Shown here: piece after piece, positions 23,401-35,519 of the stretch
Layout of the letters: each line of letters opens with the position of its first letter
Position numbering within the stretch: the stretch's first letter is position 1
Source of the DNA: Podarcis tiliguerta
Lineage: Eukaryota
Reading direction: 5' to 3' (one strand)
Assembly: GCA_965153285.1 (NCBI GenBank)
Contig: OZ229123.1
Length of the DNA: 64,000 nucleotides
Translations under genes and position numbers: made by a program
Notes under the pieces: generated by a model
Seen by the model: the letters and a program-made list of their open reading frames with translations, nothing else
Database searches by the model: none
What the model was told of the DNA's origin: nothing

Positions 23401-26400
23401 ACCTCTAGAGTAGCCCCAAACAGAGCGTGTAGTCCAGTCTAGAAGGTGACCAAGGGCCGTACTACTGTGGCCAAACTATCCCTCCTGACATAAGTGTGTA
23501 CAGGATTCATTATGAAGGAAGAGATGGATCTGCACACGTTATTCCCAGGTCTGTTATTTTTAATCCCTTCTGAGCAGAATAGCATGGGTCGATTTTACTC
23601 AGGCAAGGCAGAAAAGCAAGTCTGCACTAAGCTCTTCTGTAATAAAATTATTTAAGCTTCCAGAACTCCTGCCTCCACCTGCTGGCATGGAGAAAAGCTG
23701 CCACATAGAAAGACAGCTAAGAGGAAGCCTTCTGGCTTCCTCATGCTTGAGCTCTTTACAAATAAATGAAAAGGAAGTGTAAAAGTATGCAAGTGTACAA
23801 GGAAGAAGCAGTGTGTCACAATACATCTAATATCTGAGGAGTTGCCTGACAAAATTTCAAAGAATGTAATCAATACTGCTTAATTGCCAATGTTCCAGGA
23901 GGGCAAGAAGACACCATGTGCATGACAAGTGTTTGCCCATTTAATTTATATAAGCAGTTTTATACTTCACCGGAACGTGGTTTTGATTACCTGGTAAATG
24001 ACATCTTGGAAAAGGACTGGAAATGTGAGTGCAGCATCTTCCAGTTCATTTAGACTACAGTGGACTAGTGTTTCATCCTATAAAGAAAATGAGATGACTT
24101 AGAAGGCAGGTAGAAATAAAGTATGCTCGGAAATGAAGCCCTCCCACCTGCAATTTGTACAGCCCTCCCACACCCCTTTCTATCAATACTAACGCCAATA
24201 TGTATTCCTTACCAAGTCTAGAACTAAAGAAAATTCTGGTGTGCTTCTCGTTTTCAATGGAAGAGCAGGCTTCCGATTAAGTTGTTCTTCTGTTAGTGGT
24301 GGAACATGTTTGATGAAGTAGTACCTAGACGAAAGGCAAACCAATATTTATTACAACTGCTGCTTTACAACTCTTGGGACAAATCTGGAAAGCCACCCTG
24401 GCAGGGTAATGTAAAGGACCACCAGGGCAGTAAGAAGACATCTTCAGCAATCCCAGTCCCCACTGGATGCAGGATGGAAATAGACACACAACTAATCTGG
24501 GAAGCCCTGGAAAACTTTCCTGTATGATTCAATGGGATGTGGCATGCGTGTGCAATTGTAATGTTTTGGGATCAAATGAAGATGTTTTGAGATAAAACCT
24601 TTTTATTCACTCATCTAAGGACTGTTGATTTTTCTTTTACCTGCAGGTCTTTTTTATGTATAAATGTTTTATGTACATACTGGCAGATCCCCATTTACAT
24701 GGGGGTACATTCTGAGGCATGGCATGCACCAGCGGGATGATATAAGCCCACCCCATTCTGCCCCATCCCCTTGCAGTGCTGGAAATTGTGTGCCTGTCAG
24801 CAGTCATGCACATGCTGACAATGTGCAAATGGGGAAGTACCTGTATGTAAGTGGGAGCTGTAACTGTTGCAGCAGCGTGGCATGCTCCTACTCAGGGTTC
24901 TAGACAGCTGACTCAGCTCTCTTCCAAGATATTCTATTCTATTCCACCCCGCCCCGCCCCCTCAGTTTATCCCCCCCCCCCCGACATCAAGAATTCTGTG
25001 ACCAGTAAGCATGCAGTCCTCACTGGGTTGTTTTTTTTCAAATGCCTCCATACATTTTCCTATTTTATTTTATTTTTCATTTCTGCAAACCATATGGTTC
25101 CCTTGAGCACATCAATACCTCTTCCTTGTTTCTCAGCAGCCAAGTTTTGGCCATACTCTTGTCAGTGCTCACTAGCTGAGTTTGCCGTTAGAGAACGTTA
25201 ATGTCTATTTTATTCTTCTTAAATCTTGTAAACTCTGCTGAAATCAATTTTGATGAAGAGCAGTATAAAGAGGGTTCAAATAAATAAATGTTGATTTTAC
25301 TGCTATGGCTCTACAACTGAAGCTTGTAGAACTGCTGCAGTATTGTGCTCAAAATAAATGTTAAGTACTGCAGTCTTCAACACTGACTCACAAAGAGGGC
25401 AAAGTATTTTATTTCTCAAAATGTCATATCTAGAATTACAAAGTGAAATCAAACATGAACACATACGGATCAAAAACTTCCCAGTCTTCCTCATAGGCAC
25501 CTTCCGCATGAGCTGATGAGTAACCACTGTCCGGAGATACTGGTGCTAATAAACACAAAAGCTCCTCATTAGTTCATCTGAAGAGGGGAGGAAAGCTCCA
25601 GTTAGCAGCTAAGTGGAATATTCAATAATCAAAATATTTCTAGTCTCCATTTTTGGCTTAAATTACATTTAATCACATTTTAAGGATTGATTTTTTTTTT
25701 TAGTCTGTTCTATTTAATCTGTGTAAGCTTCCATCAGTCCTGGTGTGGGGGAGAGGTAGGATATATGTAAAAAAATACTACTACGAAAATAATTAGTGGG
25801 AACCTCCCCAGAATGGTCCTACATATAACAGTTTCAGCTCTAATGACAGCTTTTATCAATCTATTAAAGTCTTAAATGCTAAGTTTCAAGTGTCAGCTAT
25901 AATTTCCTTTGAATGTTACAACAGAGTATAGTTAATGACACAATGAAACTAGAATGTACAAACATAAGACAGAAAAAACCACCATCCATTTCTTCGGCTA
26001 CACTCTCATCCACCAAAGAGTTATTCCTTTTGGTTTTCTTTTCTTTCTTTGGCACTAAGACACTCAATGCAATTACAGTGGTACCTCGAGTTACAAACAT
26101 CTCAGGTTACAAACACTTCAGGTTACAAACTCCGCTAACCTGGAAGCGTCACCTTGAGTTGAGAACTTTGCCCCAGGACGAGAATGGAAATCGCGTGCCG
26201 GTGGCGCAGCAGCAGCAAGAGGCCCCATTAGCGAAAGCACGCCTCTAGTTAAGAACAGTTTCAGGTTAAGAACGGACCTCCGGAACAAATTAAGTTTGTA
26301 ACTAGAGGTACCACTGTATTTAGTTCTAAGTTGTGAAACTCCCTCCTCACAGAGGTGCACCTGGCATTATATATCTTTCAGTGAAGGCAGAAGATACGCC

Positions 26401-29400
26401 TCTTTCCCCTGGCTTCTGACATTTGAGATGTAGATTTTTAAGACCCACATTATTTCTGTGATTGTAAGGTGTTTTCAACTGTTTTCAACATGGTGTTTTT
26501 ATTGTTGTAACCCACCCTGGGACCTTAGTGTGAAGGGTGGATTAATAAGAATGATAGTAATAACAACAATAACAATGATTGTTAATTCATGCTCAGGTAA
26601 ACTAGATTTGCACCATTCCCATTCAAAATTGCAGAGCACTGTTCAACAGAATAAGTCCAGATAAAAGCTTCTCTGCTCCTGCAGTCCATGGCTATAGAAA
26701 TGGTTGGAGTATCTCAAGGAAGGGAAGTTTAGGACATCATTCTCTCCCAACAAATCAGGGAAAGGTAGCCATGCAGACCGCACAACCATGCTGGTCATGA
26801 AGAATCCTGTGTCTCTGAGCCAGGTTCAGAAGAGTGAGGGCGTACCCCCCCCAACCCCCCAAAATTAGTAATGTACATAAGATTTAAAAACAACCACACC
26901 AAAATATGCCTGGTTCTTACCAGTGAGAGGAGGCAAATCACGATCAGTTACATCCTCTACTTCCTCTAAGCCATTGTTGATCGTTGATCTGACTTGCACT
27001 GCTTGGCTAGTATATGATGCTCCATTGGCTGAAGTTGCAGTGCTAGTGATAATCTCATCCACCTGCTCCATATCAAGCTGCTTCACTATTTCTTCAGCTT
27101 CAACAGCTTGCCCCGGAGAGTCTGAGCCGGCTGTCCCTGAAATGATGTTTTCGGTTCACAGATTGCTATTGCACTTAGGTAAGAATTAACATTCTTATTT
27201 CATTTTTAGCTTCAGAATCTTTAAATATTTTTTTAAAAAAGAGTAATCAAAACATACCTATCCTTTGCCCAGCATTGAGACAGGACATTACTTTTTCTCA
27301 ATTGCTATTTTATTTTTAAGTGTACATAACACATTAAACATGGGTTTGCATAATACTTGCCATTTTTATTTGCTGGTGAGAAAAAATTGAAGACGGGAGA
27401 AAATATGGTCCCCAGTAAAGTAGTCCGTGGAGGGCTGCCGGTTGTGGGATTATCGTCCAATTTTCCATTTTGCCTAACATGCTGGTTTGTTGTTTCATAA
27501 TTTCCAGCTTCTAGAATGCAGACACAAAACATTTGACTTGACAGTATTGTACAATGCTCACATTGTTCCTGATGTCATTTTTACTACATAGGTTGGAATG
27601 ACCAAGTCACACAGTATCTTCAAGTAAATTTCCAGGGCCAGAACAAGACATTTTGCTGCCTGAGGCAGACTTCTTCTTGCAGCCATACTGGAGGCAAAAG
27701 GGGAGCTGGCATTACATCCAAACACAGTCAATACGTAGGAGTAGCAATAGCAATATTTTTGTTTCTTATCAGGATTTCAGTAGGCAATATTTTCAATCCA
27801 TACAAACACATGCTTAGTTCAACAAATATTTATTTCAGGAATTTAATCCTCTTAAAACTGGAACAAGAGGTTTCTGTGTTTGTTTTACAGTAAAAAACAA
27901 AAACAAAAAACCCTGCAATTAAACACCAGAACAGCCACTCAATATCTAGGAAACCCATAAAGAGCTGATGAGATTAAGGCAGATCCTGTGGCCTGCAGTC
28001 TTCAAGGCAGTAAAGCAAGCAGCATCACAATTGGTCACCTCTGACTACCAAATCCCTATTAAAGATACAGTTATTTGCTCACAACATGTATCCAATAATA
28101 CACAGTGGCTACTTGTACCATAATCTATATGGAATATCAGATAGATACTAAAGTCAGACACCCACCCACCAGCAGAGACTGTCCACTCAGTTGTCAGGGC
28201 CTTCTTAAATATGGAAGGGAAAGGGAACTGAAGGGTCAGTTTCCCTCCCACCCAAGGTAAGAACAGCTCAATTTGCATATTATTGCCTAGTGGAGCAGCC
28301 AACTCTCCCAACTACCCTCTCCTTCCTAAGGGAAAATAATACTGTTTTCTTTCTTAAGTGATCCATTTGTGTAAAACAAAAATGCAGTTCAGCATGTTAA
28401 GCATTAACTGTCCCCAATGCAAACAATATAGCCCATTTCATTGAAGGAGGAAAAGGAGCGGACGATCCTGCTAACTATGCAGCTACAAGCTATGCAAGAG
28501 TGCTCTGCTCCATTGCCAAACATCATTGACCACTACAGTGTAGGTGGGGTGGGGTCAGCTGTAGCCCAAGATTTGGAGGGCACCATGTTGGCTACTCTGT
28601 CAAGAGGTTTGAGTGGACACGCATCACATTTCAAACCCTAGTTCAGTAAGGCAAAACACTCTTTTAGCCTTTGTAACAAAATAAATAATTCTGGATTCTA
28701 AGAGAAGTTTAATTAAGGAAGTTCATGGAAATATGGTTTTATGTTCCCTTCTACCTACAGCAGACCCCCGCCCCCAATGCCCCCCAAAATCTTCTCTGGA
28801 CAATGTTTGATGTTGTGCAGGGGGCTGCTGTGGGAGGGAGAAATCCTCCCGTACCATGCATGGATCCTAAGATGGTAACTAAATGAAAATCACAGCCCAC
28901 CCCTTCCTTCCGTCAGGAGTCCTCCCTGCCCTTCTAATATTGTTCAGGATGGCCAACCAATACTCTGCAGAGGCTACTGTGGGGGTGGGGGTGTCACAAG
29001 TAGCACGGGGGGGGGGGTAAGGGAGGAAAGGAGGGGACTGCAAACTTTTCTTCTGTGAAGTTTCTTAAACTAACTTCTCTAAGGACCCAACCATTTTGAC
29101 TTATGTCAGATTGGGCTACTGCAAGCATCAAGAAAAAAAATACTGCAATGTATTTTACACAATAAAGGCACTAGGTTTACTTCTAAACCACCCAAATAAG
29201 TTGGTTTTAAATATTTATATGCTGCCCAATAACCAATGTGCATTCCTGGCACTGCAGGCTCAAATTTTCTCTTCCATGAAACCAGGACACAAAATCTTAA
29301 TTACTTCAATGGTGCAGAAAGACCAAAGGCTTCAAAGGAGTCACTTGAGTAGAATATTTACAAACCTCCATTCACTTGACTTTTCCGCCTAACTCGAGAA

Positions 29401-31973
29401 ATCTGTTTGTTAGGTTTTTCTCCTGTTCGAGGAGTGGATGAAATCAAGTTGTCATCTATATCACGCTCAGTTCTACTCCTCTTTGCAGGATGTTCTCTTT
29501 CATCCTTAAAGAATAAAGCATAAACAATTTATTATCTGATATGTAGGTTACTAACAAACTTTCTACGCCCTTTTAAAAACTGATCCTCACTTTTATGCTC
29601 ATGGTGGTGGCACTGTTAGCATCTACCACATTTTCATAAGGTTCAGCTCTGACTGTTTTGGCAGAAAATATGTCATAAAAGGCTGAAATAAAGGGGCCCT
29701 TCAGTTGAAAGCAAGTGAAAGCTGCACAGGTCCCATCCCCGCCTGGGACAAAAGTGTGGTTGGGTGTGTTGGTTTCTTGTGGTGTGCTCAAACACTCAAC
29801 TTGGAACCTTCAAAGTCCAAGCTTTTGGTTTGTTTGTTTTTTAAAAAAATATTTCTCGTACTTATACAGCTCTATAGAAAAATGCAATTATAGAAATTGT
29901 TACACTATAGGAGGGAAGGGAGAAATAGAAGGCTCAAACTTCTTTCTTTTCAACACCTGTATTCTAAGATTATAATACCTGTACGAGGACCTGCTACTTT
30001 TTAACCTATATTTGAGATACTACAAACTGAAATTCTCTAACAACCTAAAATGTTGCCTTTAAAAGTCTCCCAAAATCACTGCATGGAACTTTGCAGAAAG
30101 TTATTACTAGGAAACACATGGCTCTACTAAAGTATGAGCTTTTTACAAAATGTCCTGCATTCTTGTGTGAAACAAGAATAGGGTGGATGGGGAACTTTCT
30201 CTCTTGAGATAATCCCAATTAAAGTCTGCTCCATTGTCACCAACCTGAATGATGGAAATTTTCCAGGAAGTTTCCATTCTTATCACTGAGAAGACATGCT
30301 GAATCACTTTTCCAGCACCCTGGGAGGAATTCATCTGCACACTCTTCTTATTGTTCCATCAACAAAATGACCTCTTCTCTTCTCCCACTGTATGCTGTTC
30401 TGGGAGTTCCCTCCAGAGAAAATTGGGGGAGGGGGCAGGCAGGAGAGGAGGGAAGCCCCTTCCTGCTAGAATTTGCATTGGGGGTTGCCTGCCCTTGCAT
30501 TACGTCATTCCTACACCAGCTACATTGATATTTATTTCCAGGTTCAATTTAATGTGCTGGCATTGATCCTTAAATCCCTAAAACATTTGGAGCCATGTTA
30601 GATGAAGGTCTGACAGCTCTCATAATAACTACTTGAGATTAGCTTTATGAAATAGTAAGGACAGAGCGTTTTCAGTAGTGGCTCCATGTTTTTGTAATTC
30701 CCTTCATAGGGAACTTTACCAAGTCTGCTTTCTTGCTATCTTTAGGATTGCTTCCTCACCTGCTTAGCTCAGTAGCCTTGCAGCTTCAGGCCACTCACTG
30801 CTTCTTATTTTGCATGGGAAGCTCCCCCCCGCCCCCCGCAAAGTGAACTAGAACTCTAAGGCCATGCTAGCTTTGCTTTGCCAATCCCCTTGAGAAATCT
30901 CTATCCCTTCATGAAGTGGCAGTCTAGCTATCCCTAATATGAGCACTAGATGCCCCAGCCAACACAACTGGTAGGGCCACTCCACACACAGGCCTTAGTG
31001 GATGTGTTAAGATTTATTCTGTAAGGTGCAGTTTTTATTCTGGCATTATGTTTACAATTTTGGTTCAAAGGGACCAACATTTATACAGGTATAAAGGAGA
31101 ATTCCTGGATGCCAAGATCCAAGTTTAAGGCAAGTACTCTTTGGTGAGAGAACCCTAACAGAGATTGAAATCACAAAACATGCAGCAAAGTAAAGTGTGG
31201 AAATACAGGCTGTAGAACCTTAAAATGTGCCAGTTAAAGTGAGTATCAAAATGTCCTCTTAAAAGGCTTCTTTCCAAAGTTTCCCACTGGCATACAAAAA
31301 CACCACACATTTGGTAAGTTAAAAACAGCTTACTTATAAACGCTCTAAATGTCAGATTCATGTGCTTTTCCATACAGCATTCAGAAAAAGTCATAGGAAG
31401 TAAAACTTAGCTTAGTTACAGAGTGGTGAAAGTTCCTTGGTTACTGGTATAGGAAATCAAGAGTGGCTTGTGAGAGCCATGCAGTCTGAGCTGGAGCAAC
31501 CAACTCAAAACTCTTCACATGGGAGCTTCTCAGGTAGACCCTTCCAAGTTGAGCGAAGCTGGGCAGGACAGCTTGCTCTATGGTCTTAACCCCTTCATGC
31601 ATTAATTAGACTTAAGCATGTTGGTTATGTGAGGCTGCTTATTCCACATACAACCAATGTGTTTACATTTCTTTTTATTGTGAATTTTTGTGGTTTTAAA
31701 ACTTTTTTGTGTAAATCCCTTTTGGGAAGACTGTGGTGATAAATATTCCATAGATAGATTAGCATGATCAAAATATTTGAAGCTTACCTTTGGGGTGCTT
31801 CCTTTAATAAACTTTTTGATTGAAGATAATAAGCCTGTTTCATTTTTCTGAGGTTTTCCTCCCCCAACAGGTAAGCTCTCTTCTACATCCGAGTACTTTC
31901 TCTTCACCCTCAGTGCATGCTGCGTGTGATTTTGATTTGACTGCTGAGAAGCTTTCCGCGTTCTCAGCCTCAT
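17413..31973 (-). CDS. CTDSPL2: CTD small phosphatase-like 2 (SCP4), whole coding span (12 coding exons, 466 aa)
   Basis: 186+139+150+216+79+112+87+63+80+127+96+66=1401 nt in frame; [11 protein letters not shown]...; FCP1/HAD motif DLDET split across exons 7 and 8; ends [11 protein letters not shown]. Confidence 0.97.
18114..18469 (-). mobile_element. Full-length Sauria (Squam1-type) SINE
   Basis: tRNA-like head GGGACGTGGGTGGTGCTGTGGGTTAA...GTTCGAATCCC, tail CCTTTACCTTT; 14-bp TSD TGAATGGGCACTTA at 18100-18113 and 18470-18483. Confidence 0.92.
18938..19033 (-). CDS. CTDSPL2: CTDSPL2 exon 12
   Basis: [32 protein letters not shown]; |GTATGT. Confidence 0.95.
19798..19924 (-). CDS. CTDSPL2: CTDSPL2 exon 11
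   Basis: [42 protein letters not shown]; |GTGAGT. Confidence 0.96.
21378..21800. mobile_element. Probable solo LTR (423 bp)
   Basis: Ends TGTGGCG...CGCCACA (TG..CA with a 7-bp terminal inverted repeat); internal minus-strand AATAAA; no clean TSD. Confidence 0.5.
22242..22321 (-). CDS. CTDSPL2: CTDSPL2 exon 10
   Basis: [26 protein letters not shown]; |GTAAGC. Confidence 0.96.
22409..22471 (-). CDS. CTDSPL2: CTDSPL2 exon 9
   Basis: [21 protein letters not shown]; |GTAAAG; followed by an 87-nt intron. Confidence 0.96.
22845..23485 (-). mobile_element. Degenerate L2 LINE 3' fragment
   Basis: AT-rich tail plus GCAGCATTCTG...GTAGCCCCA...TAGTCCAGTCTAGA, resembling antisense L2 ORF2 sequence. Confidence 0.55.
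23991..24077 (-). CDS. CTDSPL2: CTDSPL2 exon 8
   Basis: [29 protein letters not shown]; |GTAATC. Confidence 0.96.
24213..24324 (-). CDS. CTDSPL2: CTDSPL2 exon 7
   Basis: [37 protein letters not shown]; |GTAAGG. Confidence 0.96.
25467..25545 (-). CDS. CTDSPL2: CTDSPL2 exon 6
   Basis: [27 protein letters not shown]; |GTATGT. Confidence 0.95.
26076..26316. mobile_element. Tc1/mariner-pogo-type MITE, family A
   Basis: TIRs CAGTGGTACCTC/GAGGTACCACTG flanked by TA on both sides. Confidence 0.88.
26921..27136 (-). CDS. CTDSPL2: CTDSPL2 exon 5
   Basis: [28 protein letters not shown]...DRDLPPLT; ttcag| and |GTAAGA. Confidence 0.95.
27361..27510 (-). CDS. CTDSPL2: CTDSPL2 exon 4 (GC donor)
   Basis: [50 protein letters not shown]; donor G|GCAAGT. 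Confidence 0.93.
29366..29504 (-). CDS. CTDSPL2: CTDSPL2 exon 3
   Basis: [46 protein letters not shown]; |GTTTGT. Confidence 0.94.
30519..30750 (+). mobile_element. Degenerate L2 LINE fragment
   Basis: Decayed LHW..FRVQFKVL...KAL..LGP-like coding remnant and AGAGCGTTTTCAGTAGTGGCTCC. Confidence 0.5.
31788..31973 (-). CDS. CTDSPL2: CTDSPL2 exon 2, coding part (exon starts at 31995)
   Basis: [14 protein letters not shown]...[15 protein letters not shown]; acceptor tacag| at 31996; |GTAAGC. Confidence 0.95.
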
Positions 31974-33406
31974 TTTGTTGGTATCACATGTAAAACTGTA
32001 AGAGAACAAGCACATAACATTAACTAAAGCCCAAGAAGTACTAATCATCTATGGTTTTATAGCACTTTCAATAATTAATCCAAAGCTGGGGTAACTGTTT
32101 TTCTTTTTTAACTAAGTATTTTATTTATTTAAAATAAATAAATGAAAAGCCACATGAACAACTGGTTTCTAGCTCCCTAAACTGCTAAGGCTGGCATGTA
32201 GGAATTTGAAAATTCACCCATTCCTGGCTAAAGAAAATATGTTCGAGTCTCCTACAGACTATTTGATCAAGATCAAGACATGAGAACTTGAGGGGTCAGG
32301 TACCCATCTCATTATTCAGGTGAGCCATATTTTCACAGGAGACATTAGCACATGCTCAGGAAATTTGCAACATTTCTATCCAGAATCTCAACATGCCTTT
32401 CAGCAGGACTCTTCATGGATGCTGCTCTGGAGTAGGTCTTCTAGCAAGAAAGGGGCAGCCATTCAGCACTGAGAAATCTGAAGGATGCAGTTTGTGATTC
32501 TACTCTCACAAAAGAAAAACCTACCCCATACTTTGGGCATTGGGCCTGTCTGACTCCCAGAGATCAGTATACCTAACAGTTGTAGAAAATTTCATGGGTT
32601 TCTAAAGAAGAAGTTAAAGCATCATCTCCCCATTGCCATGACAAGTTAGCCACTGAAGAAAACAAGGCAGGCTCCTTCCTGCAACTTTTCTGCCCTGACC
32701 TGGAACAGGGTCATTGGTCTTACTGGCTCTTTTCCCTGAAAATAAGCATGACCAAGAGATGGAAGTACGGAACTGAATAAAAAATTATTTTCTCTCATTT
32801 ATGTGCATTAGGACACATACTGACAAGCCCAGTCTATCCCAGCAGAGCACAAAGAAAAATACCAGGCAGTTTATTTGTGGGCATTATCACTGTGCGAATT
32901 AAGGTGTAAAACAGCCATGTCCTAATCACATTCTAATTGAACACTTATGTTTCAGAGGGCAAATGGAATATGTTACTTTGTACATCCATATTCGCAAAAG
33001 GGTAATTCAGTGACTGGCACCTGAACACACACCATATCAATTTCCAGCTCTCCTACACACTTCCTGCATGGCTAGAGGCAAGCCACAACCTGTCAGATCC
33101 TCTGCTTACCATCTGGGGAACAAGTATGTTTGTGTGGCCCACCAGAGGGAGGGAGAGGAAGTGAGCTTTCACTAATGTTTGAAAGCTGCTAACAAACAAC
33201 AATGAGGAGGGAGACAAGTCTGCTAAACTCCAAGTGCTCTGTGCGAAAGGTATCTAACTTTGCCAAAGTTAACAAACCAGTAAAAATATTACATCATGAA
33301 AACAGTATGCTTAGGTAAATGGGTTTCCATTTGTCAGTGTTAATAACTTCAACTTCTACATTTATAAAACACAGGACTACTCTGTGAACTGATTTTCTCT
33401 AACAAT

Positions 33407-33441
33407 TGTGGTTGTTGTTTAGTCGTGTCCGACTCTTCGTG
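33407..33441 (-). mobile_element. 35-bp 3' terminus of an RTE/BovB-type retroposon
   Basis: CACGAAGAGTCGGACACGACTAAACAACAACCACA flanked by an 11-bp TSD TCTCTAACAAT (33396-33406, 33442-33452). Confidence 0.8.
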
Positions 33442-34896
33442 TCTCTAACAATAAAAAGCCTTAATTAGGTATAATGTCAATAAAACTGCAAAGAATCACC
33501 ACCCATAAACAGGGCTGTGGAATCTTAACCAGGTAAAATGAAACACGAAGGTGTAGTCTTGCCTTAAATGTTACTTTCCATTTGAAGTAGCTAAGATAAG
33601 GAGCATACAGTTTCATGCTGAAACTCTTTAATTTTAAGTTAATTTAAAAGAAGCAGTTATTGCATGTGTATGGGGAGGGGGCGTTAGGGGAGGAGTAGTA
33701 CCTCTGGTAGGGACACATCGTGCTCTTTCTGCGGTAGTTTGCCCACCTTTGGTCCTCACCCTGCACTCAGCTCTCACCAAGGTCGTGCCAAACGTATTGC
33801 TCTGCTTTCCTTTGGACCACATCAGCAAGCTAGAGAGGGGGTTCTTATCATCTGGGCCCAGGACCTCCATGCACACTGCCCAGGCTTGTGCCCTGGGGAG
33901 GTCACTTCAGTGCTGCTAGCACAGTGGTTTGATTTCACTCTCAGAGGCGTTCTCCATTGTCTCTCAACAACAGAGTGCATTACCCAATTATAAAATGTGC
34001 CTTGGGAATTTTGTTAGGATATTATTAACAGGGCAAGATCCAAGCAATGCCAAGTCTTTTAATGTCCCATTGGTTTCAACAGGACAGTGTTATCCAAAAC
34101 AATTCCATTGGAATTAATGAGGCTTCCAGGTGTTTGTTGGAATGTATCCTTAGTTTGGGGAAAACCTGAGGGGAAACATATTACCAGTCCTCTATCCAAA
34201 AGGTGTGAAAGGGAACACTGCACTTCTTTACAGAAAGCGATAGAAGGTAGGCTGCAAACGTGCACACAGAGTAAATGTTTTTGAATGGGAGATTAGGTGT
34301 CTATATTGAGAGAGCATGAGCGTTATCCTCTAAGCTGCAGTTCATTTAACTGGGCCGACTGCTAGTGCCAGAGAGTCTTTGGCTTACTTCACATCCTGGC
34401 TATCAAACCTCAGTTATAAATATCCTTAATGGACTTAGCAACAGGTACCTACAATCCTCTTGATGACAGAAGTTTGTTTTCCCATTACCTGATGCACCCA
34501 GAACACAAGTCTGTTTTGACTTGAATTGCACACAAACAAAACACAGAAGAATCAGCCCAACATTAAATATTTGTGCTAAAGGAACACGTTCACTTAATTC
34601 AGACATTTACTGGTAGCCCACCATGCTGAAGGCGATTGATTCCTCACAGAAGTTTTATGCCTTTAACAGTTATATGACGGGCAGAAATTCAACTGGTGCA
34701 GCATTCCCTTCCACAGCAATGCATATATAGCACTAGTTAAAGGCTGATAAGCCTGAAATTCTAATGGGAAACACAAGACAAAGAAGAAATGCCTGATCTG
34801 AGAAGGTACCTCATGCTCTCTTCCTATGAGACACAGTAGTGAAGTGTGTGCAGTGAATTCCAGGTTCTATCAGATCTGAGCTGCTTTCCATAATTA

Positions 34897-35151
34897 CCGT
34901 ATTTTTTGCTCTATAAGACTCACTTTTTCCCTCCTAAAAAGGGGAAATGTGTGTGCATCTTATGGAGTGAATGCAGGGTGCGCAGCTGTTGCTGAAGCCA
35001 GAAGAGCAAGAGGGATTGCTGCTTTCACTGCATAGCGATCCCTCTTGCTGTTCTGGCTTCTGAGATTCAGAATATTTTTTTTCTTGTTTCCCTCCTCCAA
35101 AAACTAGGTGTGTCTTGTGGTCTGGTGCGTCTTATAGAGCGAAAAATACGG
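34897..35151. mobile_element. Tigger/pogo-like MITE
   Basis: TIRs CCGTATTTTTTGCTCTATAAGAC / GTCTTATAGAGCGAAAAATACGG flanked by TA. Confidence 0.85.
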
Positions 35152-35347
35152 TAGACACAAGGCTTCCTTTTTGGCTTGCCAAAATTTTGGAGCAGCACAC
35201 TAGCAACCAACAAAAAACGTTGCTACCTGTACAACTCTAAATGCTAGAAAATCAGATAATAGTGACAGATGGCAGTAAAGAGAGCTGCATCAGGATGGGG
35301 AAATGTGTAAAATATTTTTTCCATATCATGAAAGACATAGAGAACTA

Positions 35348-35519
35348 CTGTATTTACTCAAATCACCTTTTGGGGCCAAATTATGTGGTGAAAATTAAGG
35401 TGCGCATTAGATTCGATGGAACATTTACATTCGCCAGCAAACACTTTTTTTGGTTTCAAGGTTCTGAAAATTGAGATGTGCATTAAATTTGATGGCATAT
35501 TAGACTCAAGTAAATACAG
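35348..35519. mobile_element. Tigger/pogo-like MITE
   Basis: TIRs CTGTATTTACT / AGTAAATACAG flanked by TA. Confidence 0.75.
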
